From the NCBI GenBank assembly GCA_010093815.1, contig ML996573.1: a stretch of 64,000 bases of DNA; one strand, given 5' to 3'. Of the stretch, positions 1-12,420 are shown in pieces (the first letter of the stretch is position 1; each line of letters starts with the position of its first letter). The position numbers and the translations under genes were made by a program. A model generated the notes under the pieces. It saw only the letters and a list, made by a program, of their open reading frames with translations. It ran no database searches and was not told where the DNA came from. This DNA is from Pseudovirgaria hyperparasitica (lineage: Eukaryota).

Positions 1-2500
1 AGTCAGGCCGTCAGGCAGGCATGGATCCATTAGTCAAGTAGTCAGGCAGGGCATGGTAAGGCAGGCAGTTATCCAGTGCAGTCAGGCAACCAAAGCGAGA
101 AGCGACAACAACGAGGCAAGGCAATAAGGCAGGATGGATGTACGTATACATAGCCTAAGCGTCGCCGTTCGTTTAGTATCAAGGGCAACTGCTAACGGAG
201 TGAATCATGCTGAAATGAAATAAAGGAATTAGGTTAGACCAAGGAACGAGAAGAAGGTATGGAATGTAATACATTCCATCTGTCAATCTGTCAATCTGTC
301 CAATCTGTCTGATCTGTCGGGCATTAAGCGATGCTTGTATCTGTTTTCTATATTTATTTATCAAGATGGACTGGACTGGAATGGAATGGAATGACGTTAT
401 TCTCCAGAAATGATGAAAATAAAAAGCTCAGTTTGTGATGGACCTCGGTACGTATGTCAAGATGGTATGAGTATGTTTATGGCATGAAACAGAAGTGCGT
501 GGGGCTAGGCTAGGCTAGGCGGGCGTGCGTGCGTGCGGGAGCCAAGGGTTTCTATATTTAGATTGCGTTGGGGCACTCTGGTACAGTATGCGAAAAATCA
601 GTGGCGGGCTTTTTGTTATAGGTATTTCATGTGTATATGTATTTATGTATGTATGTATGTCACTGCGATCGAGCGTTCGGTGGGGTTGTGCTTGTCTGGG
701 TGTCTGTGGTGGGTAGGTAGGTAGGACGGGAGAGCCAGTCGGGGCGAGTCAGTGTCATGCCATGGATGTGTATTCCACACGCTTGGGCCGAGGAATGGAA
801 GGATGGAAGAATGGATGGAAGAATGGAAGAGAGAGGAGAGAATGGGAAGGGAGAGTGGGAATGAATGGAAGGGATGCGGTGTGACATGGGGCGAATGGGT
901 GTGTTGTTTGTTTGTTTGTTGTTGTTGTTGTTGTTCTTCTTTGCTGCGGTGTGTATGTATGCGTGTGGTATGTAGTCAGATATCGTGGAATGCGGCGCAC
1001 GACAGGGGCATGGGGCATGTGCGTGTTTACCAACGAATGGTAAGATGGGATGGGGTGGAGGGAGCGCGGAGGAGGATGAATGGACGGCAGGATCCATGGT
1101 GAGACGGTTAAGACGGCCGCTCGAGCCGTTCCGATGGAATGGCGCTGTGAGAGAGAGTGAGAGAGAGTGAGGTATTACATGTGTACGTACTAATTATGTA
1201 TGCTGTGTGGTGAGCAGGGTCCGCTGGGATGGATGAATGGACGATGGATGGACGATGGATGGAGTGATGGCAAGATGACATGCAGGATCTATTTTTTTTA
1301 TCGCTGTACGGCCTACCTACAGGCAGGTGTACGTATCCCATGTATCCCATACATACGTACATACATACATACATACATGCATCCATACATACAGTACGAG
1401 AATCACGACCGCACGTGGTGGCATGCGGGCTGAGCAATCGGCGCCGCCCCCTCCCTGCTCACCACCCGTTCGCTTTGTTCCGTGCTCGAAGCGGACAAAG
1501 GCGATGGAAATGCGCGGGCGCAAAGAGGAATTTGGAACAGACTGAGAGAGAAAGAGAGAAGGAAAACAAAAAAAAAAAAAAAACCAGGAACGCAGACAGG
1601 GCAGGCATGTGTATCATAGGGGGAGTGTGTAAGGGCAAACAGTGAGAAGCTGGAGAGCTGAAGCAGGGGAGGATACGAGGCGTGGTGTTGTGCAGGGAGG
1701 GGTGTTCATGGATGGATGGGATGGAATGACAGACGGGAGAGTGTGGTGGCACGGCAGGCTTCTGGAAGAGAGAGGTGATTTATTGATGGGATTCGTGGAG
1801 TGTATTTGTCGGTGGAGTGAGTACAGGAGATGGATGGATGGATAGAAGTGAATAGTTGAATAATAATCAATCAACATCAAACATGGATGATGAAACATGG
1901 ATGATGACTCTGATTGTTCGTTGAAACCTGAGGCAGCCAAGAATGACGGAACGACGCCAAGACCGGGACGATTATGTAATACGTCATCTCTGCGCTGTGT
2001 GGCTGGGAATGGAGGGGGACGGGTGGCTGGTGAGTGTTGACTGGTGGCTGGTAGCGAGACGGAAGGCACGTGCTCTGTGCTGTCACTGCCTGTTTGGGCT
2101 TAGCGCGTTACATTACCTCATCATCAACACGATTGGACGCAGATGGGGATTGCTGCTGCTCTGGATGAATGAATGAACATTATATTGTCGTATAGAGCGT
2201 TGTATGTATAGATGCTGTTGCTGCTACTCACTGTATATTATCATCGTATATCTCCCCCGTTCTTCAACGTGCCCGTTACATGCCCTTCTCTCCGAACGCC
2301 CAACTCTCCGAGTCCCCGGGGCGTCGGGCGTCGCGCGGCCGCTAGGACTGAGAGTCCCACCCTGTCACTGTGCGTGCCGTCCATCCCTGCTAGAACAACA
2401 ACTCACCACCAGCCCCCCCCCCCCCCCCCCAGCCATCGCCAACTTCTTTTACAAACTCCCCAGAGTACCGCGCCCATACTTTTCTAAACCCACCATGCAT
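1..2500. repeat. Low-complexity, microsatellite-rich intergenic region
   Basis: Many short tandem arrays: (ATCTGTCA)n ~278-310, (TTG)n ~905-932, (TACA)n ~1350-1390, (GGAT)n, poly-A ~1567-1582, poly-C ~2413-2430. The ORFs here are repeat translations. Confidence 0.8.
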
Positions 2501-2657
2501 CTATCTTCCTGCACCTCTTCCGATCCTCCGACTTCCTCGTAGCCTTTCACGAATTCCACGGCCAATTGTCCCTTTTGCCCTCCTCGCTTCCTACTCGACT
2601 ACTCGACAAAGCCTGCTTGTCATCCCTACCTCGCCTCGCTGCTTGAGGTTGTGGAAG

Positions 2658-5600
2658 ATGACTGAGCAGCTGTCTCTCAAACACACCACTGGTAAGTAAA
2701 AAGGCCGTTACTTGCCCATTCTCTGCTTCCTGTCCTATATACCGCCCTATCGCCCAGCCCAGCCTTCACCCAGATCTGCCCAGCTGTCGTGGCTTCGTTG
2801 GCATCATGCGCACCGCTAACAGACTGCCCTACATTGTAGTCAGCCAGCCACAACTATATCATAGCACCTCGAAGCAGAGCATCACTGCCTCCGAAGACTA
2901 CTACTCGGCCTCGGAAGGCACTTCGAGCGAGCTGAGTGCGAGTAATGCAGACCGTCGTCGATATTCTACACCGCCCTTGCGAAGGTCTCCGGACGCCGAC
3001 GATCAACACTCACATGCCGCTGCTGGTTTCATGACCAGACCAAAGAACGTCACATTCGACAACTCCACCACCATCCACGAGCGACCACATAGCGAAGACT
3101 CGTACCGTACCGCGCCGAATACTGGTGCTCCACGAAGGCAGATGGCTTCCATCAGCCCCTCTACCACGCCTGGTCTCGACGACACTCCATACATCCGCTT
3201 TGCGATCGACCAGCTCACCCGCGATGAGGAGGTGAGAGGCTCAAGACACTACCAAGGCGTCCCCGAGGACAGCAATGCGTCATACCCAGTCGACAGAGTC
3301 ATATCAGACGAAGGTCTGGGCTACTTTGGAGGACCACCGCAACAACGAGCCCAGCAGTCGCAACGGCCCGTCTCACAACCTTTCCCGCAACCCATCACAC
3401 AAAACATCCCACAAACTCAGCTGCCGCAAAGAACAATCTCATCCGATAATGCAAAGTCCACACCGGTCGTGCCTGGCATCTTGCCACGGCTTCCGTCCTC
3501 GGGATCAGCAACCATAACTCGAAAATCGCTACCGCCAGCCATCGCCATCACAGCTGCGAGCGATCAGACTCCTCCGCAATCAAGACGATCCTTCATACCG
3601 CCTCCTCATGGGAGGACGGACTCTGGCCAATCGTCCCTGTCTCATCAGTCCTTGTCTGGTCACGAATCGCTGTCAAAGGATATCTTCGTTCCCCACAGGC
3701 CCACAAGAGAGTCCTTGCGATACCCGCCCCTCGACTTTCTACCCTCGATACTTCGTCCGCTTTCTTTAGTGACGTTCATCCTGCTGTGCACCATCATGCT
3801 CGCAATGCTGATATTCTGTGCTGTCTACTCCTTGATCAACAACGGACTGTGGGCGTACGGCGGGTTTGGTGGTGGTCGGTACTTCACATTCCAGTACCTG
3901 CCAACGATAGTAGGTATGATGCTCCTGATGTGGCTATTCCAGGTCCAAACGGCTGTCCAGCGGATTGCGCCATTCATGGCACTCTGCTCGGAGAGCCACC
4001 GCAGCAGATCCGAGGCAATGTTTCTACGCATCGCTCCCATGTCGTTTCTGCTACCCAACGTGAACTACTTCAAAACTGGACAGACCGTCTTTGGAATCTT
4101 CTCCGCTGCGTCCTGGCTGTTCATCTTCACGATACCTCTGCTTGGTTCGGCTTTCGGCGCTCGACACGAAGGCCCCAGCAATATCGACGGCGAGTGGGTG
4201 TGGATATCAGTCCAGGGTGTCATATGGGCTACTATCGCACTATACGTATTCCTGGTCTTATCGCTCATGCTGCTGGTCATATGCCTCTGGCGACGACAGA
4301 CCGGTCTCAAGTGGGATCCACGGTCACTCGCAGACATCATAGCCTTGCTCGAGAGGTCCAACACTGTGGGCGCATATGAAGGCGCCGAGACCTTCCAAAC
4401 TAAGACGGAGTTCCGGGATGCGCTAGCAGATCAGGCACCGCTGCTGGGGTACTGGCACACTTCGAAGCGCCAAAACGACGTCTTCTATGGCTTAGGCGAG
4501 CCAGGATACCCCACACGAAAGTACTCGGTCGAGGATGGCAAAATCCGAGAAAAAGCACCGGAGAAGGCCTATCAGTCCTATCAGTCTTATCCCAAGGACG
4601 ACGTGGAAGCTGGCGCCGGTCGTAGTCTTCGTAGAGAAGGCGACTTTTCCATCCGTATGGACATTCGCTCGTCCAAGGTGCGCTTGCACTACCTTCCTTG
4701 GTATCTTCGGGATACCTTCGTTGCAGCCTGGGTTGTGATTGCTATCGTTCTTCTGGCAGCGTTTCTGGTCATCAGCTTCATCAACAACGCCGTCCGCGAT
4801 GGGTTCGCCCCTCTGCTCGGCGTTGAGTCCGACTCAACCGGCTTCTCCCCAGCCAACTTCCTCTACTCGTTTGTGCCGGGTGTCATTGGCACATTCCTCT
4901 TCCTGTCCTGGCAGTCACTTGACCTCAGCTTCCGTGCTCTTACGCCTTATGCATCTCTCTCGAGCCCTCGTGGCGCTACAGCCGAGCAGTCCCTCCTCCT
5001 CGACTACTCGGCTCGTCTTCCTATCTCGGTCACCGTCGTTGCGGCTGCGAACGGACACTTTGCCGTTGCTGTTCTCTCCCTCTTCACCCTCTTCAATGCC
5101 GCCATACCGGTCCTGTCTGGCGGCGTTTTCTGGAACCAGTACTACGTCGACAGCCGCTCCGTCCGTGTCGCTGCTCATCTCCCAGCCTTTTACGCACTCT
5201 GCGTCTTTCTGGCATTGTACGCGTTCTTCATCTGCGTCATCTTTGTCAGCAGGAAGCGGATGGCTCTTCCACATGCGTCCAACAATCTTGCCGAAATTGT
5301 CTCCTGGGTATATCAGTCGCCCATCCTTGCAGATCGCGCATTCGCTCGCCCGACTACCAAAGCAGACCTCGTGACCCGTCTCATGGGTGCTGGGTGGACA
5401 GACAAGTCCACCTTCTCTCGCAGTCTTGTCGCACTAGTCTCACCGTCCCGTCAAAACCTGGCTGTCCAACGCAGCGTTGGGGCGGCAAGTGCAGACCTGG
5501 CACCAAGTCCGCATGGCATGGACCATGACGAGACCGATGTCGACCAGACCGGTGTTGGTGAGAAGAGGCAGAGCATCCTGGATCCCGGCGCGATCAGATA

Positions 5601-5721
5601 CGGATTCGGCATCCACGTCGGGCGTGACGGCATGGAGCATCTGGGAATCGATCGTGTGAAGCGAGGGACCGGGAGAGAGATGGTCATTTATGAGCAGACG
5701 AAAAGACCATGGCGAGACTGA
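2658..5721 (+). CDS. DUF3433-family multi-pass membrane protein
   Basis: ATG 2658; intron 2692-2839 (GTAAGT...GCTAAC...TAG) splices in frame into the 971-aa ORF. Ser/Pro-rich N-terminus with TPGLDDTPYIRFAIDQL, then two hydrophobic halves (FQYLPT..., LYSFVPG...LTPYASLS...SLLLDY) typical of fungal DUF3433 proteins. Confidence 0.85.
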
Positions 5722-6626
5722 GGCTGGGGGGAGATGGGCATGAAGAGCCAATTCTACGTGGCCATTCGGAACCTATAATTCTCCGGGTGGCCAACACTGA
5801 CTGTTACCGCCACAACATCCGACATTACAACATCACAACATGGGATACACCTATCTATCTACCATGACAGCATATACGACCGCAAAACGACACAGTGTCA
5901 TTATCATCATCATCTTCTTCTTCATAATCGCAAAAAGCAGCATAACAGCAAGGCGTACAACATTTATTCATTCAGATCACGGCGCTCTAGGGAAACGGGG
6001 TTCATTTCTGGTACGATTACGCTTTTTTCTACCATTCTTCACACTTGTTTTTATGATCGGATGAAATGTAATTTGGTGGATGACACACATATACGAGGGA
6101 CGAGAGGATGAGGGATGAGAGGATGATTTGACACATGTAAGGGACGAGAGGATGACACGACGGGGAATGTGGCAAAAAGATAGACATGAATGACTGTGAA
6201 ATGAGATGATTTGTGGTGGCAGCTGTAGAGCTGGCACAGTAATGAATATGATACTTTGTCGTTGGGCATTTGTTCCTGATACATGACTAGCCTTTACTCG
6301 TGAAGTCTGCACTTTGTGTTTGTTCTTCTGCTGGGAAGCTCTGACGCGGACATAGCGTTTCTTAACACCGCCTCCACCCGCCTCGGCTGGACCGGGTGCC
6401 GGGACCGGGGTAGCTTGAGGCGATGATCCCGCCCGCTTTTCTTATCGTAAGTAGAGTAGTAAGTAGGTAATCAATGTCGACAACATAGCTTCACATTCAC
6501 TACTACCGGGCCCGTACCGTAATGTAATCGCTCTTCTCTACATCCCTTGCCCTCGATCTGTACAGCTTCATACATAGCACATCTCCCGCGTCAGTCGAGG
6601 AACCACCCACGTATCCAAGTGTCAAA

Positions 6627-9058
6627 ATGTCCGCCGCCACGCCCCCGAGTCATGACGTCGACGCCGACGAAAACGAAGATATGTTCTGGGAGGCCCTCCA
6701 GGCTAGAGAGGATCAATGGGTTGATGAGGAGGACGATGAGGAGGACGATGATGATGACTATGAGGAAGAAGAGGAGGATGACGACGACGAGGACGACGAG
6801 TTTGATGACGCGCAGGAAGACGTGTACATTGATATGAGGCGGGCAGATCCCGGTGACGAGGATGAGGAGGAGGGAGAAGGAGATGGGGAAGAAGGCCAGG
6901 CGCAGAGGACGATATACAGTGAGCTGGGACCCGTTCTTTAGGGGTGGTGCCACGTACTCTAACACCTCGTGCCAGTGAGCCGCGCGCAGATAATGGAGCT
7001 GCTAGCGAACCCGGAACTGCGGAGACTGCTCGGGAGTAGTCTGGATATCGACCTCGGGGGACGGCGGCCAATGTCGAGCGATTCAGAAGACGGCGAGGAG
7101 GAAGGGGATGACGAGAGAGCGCAACCTCGACGACGCCGGTTGAAGGGTGCGGCGGCATACCAGAAAGTGCCAAGCGACGAAGGGCGGCAGCTCATGGAGA
7201 CGGGCAAGTTTGGGAGCAACGAGCGGACAGAAGATACGTTTAAGCGGAAGAAGAGGCTGGCTGCGCAGATTATGCGTCGGGAGTTGGGGCTCGGCAGCCA
7301 TGGGCGGCAGCGGAATGCTGATAGACTGATTTCGCAAGTGAGTATATACACATCAGCAACAACAAGCACATGGTGGCATGGAAGGATGCTCATGCAGGTC
7401 TGCAGGGCTTGATACCCGAGTCAAAAGCCGACATGATCATCCATTACAACGCGCGATGCTACTCGGGACAGTTCTCCAGGGACGGCAATTTTTTCTTTTC
7501 ATGCGCGCAGGACTTCAAGGTTCGCATGTACGACACGTCGAATCCGTACGACTGGAAATACTACAAGGTCATCCTACACCCGGCACAACCTCATGCACAA
7601 GACAATTGACAGACTTGCAGACGGTCGAGTATCCGTACGGCCAATGGACGATCACGGACGCCTCGCTCAGTCCTGATAATCGCCTTCTGGCCTATAGCTC
7701 CATCCGAAGCGTTGTCTGTCTCGCCAGTACCGACCCGGCCGACGACTCGACGCCACGACACCTCGACTTTACAAACACCGCCAGCGTCGATCGCCGACGT
7801 CGCGTGTACCCCTACTTTGGCGTAAGTAGAGTCGTCCCATGTTCCACACCAAGCCCCCCTCCCCTTACCTGCAACGTCTACCCTAACACCCACCGCAGAT
7901 CTGGTCCCTCCGCTTCTCCGGCGACGGCCGCGAAATCGTCGCTGGCACCGGCGACGCCTCCGTCTACGTCTACGACATCGAACGCAACCAGTCCATCCTG
8001 CGCATCCCCGGCCACGAAGACGACGTCAACGCAGTCTGCTACGGCGACAACGCCTCCCCGCACATCCTCTACTCCGGCTCCGACGACACCACAATCAAAA
8101 TCTGGGACCGCCGCTCCCTCGCCGGCGGCCGCGAAGCAGGCGTCTTCTTCGGCCACACCGAGGGCCTCACCTACGTCGACTCCAAGGGCGACGGCCGCTA
8201 CGTCCTCTCGAACGCAAAAGACCAGACCGCCAAGCTCTGGGACCTACGCCGCATGATGTCCGCCGACCGCGCCTCCGCCATCCGCCCAGACCGCTACACC
8301 ACCGGCTTCGAATACCGCAACCTGCCCTACGACCCTTCCCTATACCGCCCCCACCCGCACGACGCCTCCCTCGTCACCTTCCGCGGCCACCAGGTCCTCA
8401 AAACCCTCATCCGCGCACACTTCTCCCCGCCGCAGTCCTCGGACTCGCGCTTCGTCTACTCGGGCTCCCACGACGGAAAGGTATACGTCTGGAACCTGGA
8501 CGCCACGCTGGCCGCTACTATCGATGTCCTCGCTGCGACGCGCCACTCGCGCCCGCGCGAACATGCGGCGCGCGCTCACGCCGAGACGTATGATTTCGTC
8601 GGTCGACATGGTGGGAATGCGGCGCCGTGGCAGACTTGTGTGAGGGATGCGAGCTGGCATCCTAGTGCGCCTGTTATTGCGGCGACGAGTTGGAATGGCT
8701 GGGGGACGAGTCTGGGGACGTGTAGTGTGCATGCTTGGAGTGATCGGGGGGATGGGGAGGGTGAGGGGGGGCCTGTTGGTGGTGCTGGTGGNNNNNNNNN
8801 NNNNNNNNNNNNNNNNNNNNNNNNNNNNNNNNNNNNNNNNNNNNNNNNNNNNNNNNNNNNNNNNNNNNNNNNNNNNNNNNNNNNNNNNNNNNNNNNNNNN
8901 NNNNNNNNNNNNNNNNNNNNNNNNNNNNNNNNNNNNNNNNNNNNNNNNNNNNNNNNNNNNNNNNNNNNNNNNNNNNNNNNNNNNNNNNGGGGGAGGGGGA
9001 GGGTGAGGAGGGGGGTGAGGATAGGGATGGGGAGGAGGAGGATGATGATGAAGTGTAG
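6627..9058 (+). CDS. WD40-repeat protein, DCAF11/WDR23 (LEC14B)-like CUL4-DDB1 substrate receptor; 3' end spans the gap
   Basis: Acidic N-terminus; four GT-AG introns (~6919-6975, ~7337-7405, ~7568-7620, ~7822-7898). Motifs YSGQFSRDGNFF, WTITDASLSPD, GHEDDVNAVC, SDDTTIKIWDRR, GHQVLKTLIR, VRDASWHP. Probable acidic tail ...GEEEDDDEV* ends at 9058 after the gap (inferred). Confidence 0.9.
8792..8988. other. Assembly gap (197 N)
   Basis: Run of N flanked by G-rich low-complexity sequence. Confidence 1.
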
Positions 9059-9323
9059 TGTTGTGTGGTCTGAGGTAGTGTGGATTAGCATAGTGAATGA
9101 AGAAGTAGTTGATGTGTGTCTTTTTTTCTATATGACAGTAAGAGTGCAGTGCAGTGCAGTGCTGAGATTAGGTTGTGATGTGGTGAGATGAGGTGGTGAG
9201 GTTGTTGTATACTATACTACATACTATATACTATACACCGTAGTCTGTAGTCTGTAGACTATAGTATTCCCTCCATCCATCTGTCCATCCATCCATCTAT
9301 CAAGCTGTTCACGCTAGTGTTGG

Positions 9324-9430
9324 ACACATACACACACATACACACACATACACACACATACACACACATACACACACATACACACACATACACACACATA
9401 CACACACATACACACACATACACACACATA
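9324..9430. repeat. Tandem repeat (CACACACATA)n, ~10-11 perfect copies
   Basis: Seen directly. Confidence 0.97.
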
Positions 9431-9477
9431 TATACATATATATACCACCCGCTCCGTCCGCATTCGGGAATACGTAG

Positions 9478-9598
9478 ATAAGTAAGTAGAAAGTAAGTAG
9501 AAAGTAAGTAGAAAGTAAGTAGTAAGTAAGTAGTAAGTAAGTAGTAAGTAAGTAGTAAGTAAGTAGTAAGTAAGTAGTAAGTAAGTAGTAAGTAAGTA
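9478..9598. repeat. 11-bp tandem repeat AAGTAAGTAG(A/T), ~11 copies
   Basis: First copies end in A, later copies end in T. Confidence 0.95.
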
Positions 9599-10500
9599 GG
9601 AAGCTAGGCATTTCACTCTATATTTAAGAGGTTGACGTGTATGGCTCTCTATATTCCGTCTCTATGTCTCGATGATATCTCTATATCTATACCTCTCTGC
9701 ATCTCTAGACTCTATCTATACATACCTATCTATATCTCCAACTCCATCTACATACCTACCTATACCTCTAGCTCCATGTCCCGATCCATCTCCAGACTCT
9801 ACATCCATATCCATATATCCACCCAAGCCAGTAAACCGAACATACAAACCTCTTCTCTCCCTAACCTCCCCACGATTCAGGAAAGAGAGAAGCGGGGTAA
9901 GGTTTAGGGCGAGAAGCAATTAGAATACGAGCTTCTTCTTTCTACACACTTTCTACAAATGTTTCTTTTTTTTAAAAAAAATACTTCTTGTGGTTTACGA
10001 TTTTTAGGGGACTTTTTTTTTGTCTTTGCTTTTTTTTTTTTTTATATTGTATCACTTTCTATATTGCTTCTTCATGTCTGTTTGTGTATGCCCCGGCGCG
10101 GATATTCGGCTGTGATGCTTGGATGCTTTAAAAGTACTTGGGATGGGGCTTTGTGTTGGGCGTGTTTCTTTCACGGGTGGGTAGGAAAGGTGGAGGAAGG
10201 GGAAGGAAAGGATGTTTCTGGTGGGGTTTGTTTGGGTTGTGGTGGGATGAGGAAGGGGTTTGATATTGGTTCTGCTGGGAGGGGGAATTGATTTGGGCAT
10301 TCGTTCACTGTAGACAGAGTATAGATTTGACGGGACGCGATGATGTACGAGGCCGTGAGCATAAGGGGATATTCACGTAGAATAGCTCACGCTCAAGCTG
10401 ACCAACACCGCCCAGCAGCTGGTCCTAGAAAAACTCATTATCGTCGCACCACAAACCACTCCCCCCGCCGCGCCCATTCCCACAACACCCCCTTTCCCCC

Positions 10501-11520
10501 CTAAAACGTACACCCAGACCCAATCTTAAACTCAGCATCCGGCACCCTCCGCATCTTCAAGCCCTCCACAATCCCATCAACCAGCCGACTCACCATACTG
10601 CCATCCGGGTCATTATTCGGATTAACCTCCGACACCGTAAGCCCCCTCACCTTCCGATGGCAGAGCAACTCGCCGAGCGCACCGAGCGCCACATCCGGGT
10701 CCAGTCCCGCATAATGGGGGAAATTAGCAAGGGGAAACACGCCGCTGTCGATGCAGTCGACGTCAAAGTTGACGTGTATGACGTCGACGCGGGCGTCGAG
10801 CCACTGCAGGGCGCGGCCGACGGTGCCCAGCGGATCCTGCTGCACGGTCTGCTTGCTGAAGGCCTTGAAGCCGTGCTCGAGCAGGTAGACCCAGTGCTCG
10901 GTCGCGGGCTGGCGCGGGTCGAAGCCGAAGAGGACGACGTTGTCGCGCGTGATGAGGGGTGCGCCGTCTGGGCTGCTGAACTGTCGCATGCTCTTTAGGC
11001 TGCCGGGCCGGGCGGTCAGGTGGGTCATGGTCATGCTGTCTAGGATTGCGCTGGCGCCTTCGGTGTCGGTTTGGGTGGGGAGGGTGAGGTCGACGTCGCC
11101 GTCGAAGTAGAGGAGGCCGAGTTTTGTGCCTGTCGGGTGCCAGGAGCTGAGGCCGGAGAGGACGGCGGGGGTGATGGAGCAGTCGCCGCCGAGGATGATG
11201 GGGAATGATGAGTGGAAGTCGGTGTGGTTGGTGGTGAGGTCTTTGTGGATGGCGGTGAGGACGGCGAGGGCGTTGTCTTCGTTGCGGACGCCGCTTTTCT
11301 TGATGGCTGGCTTCCATGTTGCTGCGTTGTGGAGGAAGTCGCTGAAGAGGACTTTGTTGTGGATTGAGACGCGGCAGCCGGCGGACTTGAGTTTGTGCTC
11401 GAGGCCGCCTTTCTTGAGGATGGCGTCGGGGGCGTTTCTTTGGCCGGGGAAATGCGTGCCGGCCTCGGTTGGGATGCAGATGATCCGGACCTGCTCGCCG
11501 TCCTGGAGGGGGTCGGCCAT
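10501..11520 (-). CDS. Arginase/ureohydrolase-family protein, non-canonical metal site, intronless
   Basis: 339-aa ORF with LGGDCSI, YFDGDVDL, HVNFDVDCID and SEVNP, occupying the positions of the arginase GGDHS, DAHxD, SxDxDxxD and ExNP motifs. Confidence 0.88.
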   Translation of the reverse strand: MADPLQDGEQVRIICIPTEAGTHFPGQRNAPDAILKKGGLEHKLKSAGCRVSIHNKVLFSDFLHNAATWKPAIKKSGVRNEDNALAVLTAIHKDLTTNHTDFHSSFPIILGGDCSITPAVLSGLSSWHPTGTKLGLLYFDGDVDLTLPTQTDTEGASAILDSMTMTHLTARPGSLKSMRQFSSPDGAPLITRDNVVLFGFDPRQPATEHWVYLLEHGFKAFSKQTVQQDPLGTVGRALQWLDARVDVIHVNFDVDCIDSGVFPLANFPHYAGLDPDVALGALGELLCHRKVRGLTVSEVNPNNDPDGSMVSRLVDGIVEGLKMRRVPDAEFKIGSGCTF

Positions 11521-12420
11521 GGTTTGGTGAAGAGTCTTGTTAGCAAGGTTACGATTAGCACAGTCTTGGTATTTGGATAGCCGTGATCAGGGCGTTTTAG
11601 GCCGTCAGCATTGGATGAGCGAGGCTGTCATGAGCAATCATTTAGTGCTTCATTCCATGCCAACAGCTCTGGATCTCGACAGAATATGGACTCGAATCTG
11701 CGTGGGACAATGTGGTTATGGCGGACGAGGGATGTACTTGTGGTTTCAAACAATGGAGTCTGATGGAGAGTTGCACAGTTGTTGGAGAGTGTGGCTGTTA
11801 CTGTGGGTGTACTGTGGCTGTGTCGCACTCAAGTGGCTTATGCTAGTCCATATCGGGAATTACCCCACACGCGCCTGCGGACGGGAGATTTGCCGTCCCT
11901 TCCGTTGTTATCACGATACCTATCATTGATGATCGCTGCTGCATCCTATTCATCATGAGAACACGCTGCTGAGACATTTCGCGCTTCGGAACAGATCACC
12001 AGCTCAAAACGAACTGGATGGTACCTACATACATGTACCGGGCTAGCCCTGCCACAAGCATCCAGTCCCTGCATCGCGAATTGCGATCAGCACTGTGTAT
12101 CAGCTGATTCTATAGACTTTCATTTGCGCCCATCATCTATGCAAAGCTTACCAGGCTCGGTCGTGTCCTATCAAAGTTTCACCGCGTTCTCTTAGTCTAA
12201 ACTCACTCATGAAATCGATATGACCTTCCTCATTGTCCTACATCTGCCGCCGTAACGGTAACGGTACCGGGCTGCAGCTTGCCAGCCCCTTGGCCTGTAC
12301 TGTGTACCACGGCCCACTAGTGTCCTGTATAGCCAGCATATATAACTCAATAGACCTCCCGTCCTGCGTACGAGTCACGTTGCTCGTAGCACTCACTAAT
12401 TGTATTTGTACTAAGACAAT

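Noticed and set aside
179..2542. Numerous 60-150 aa ORFs
   Set aside because: Translations of microsatellites and low-complexity DNA.
8253..9191. ORF reading through the N gap to 9191
   Set aside because: Frame across an estimated gap is arbitrary; the acidic frame ending at 9058 is more plausible.
9324..9598. Regular arrays as CRISPR or telomere
   Set aside because: No spacers and no TTAGGG; simple tandem repeats in a eukaryote.
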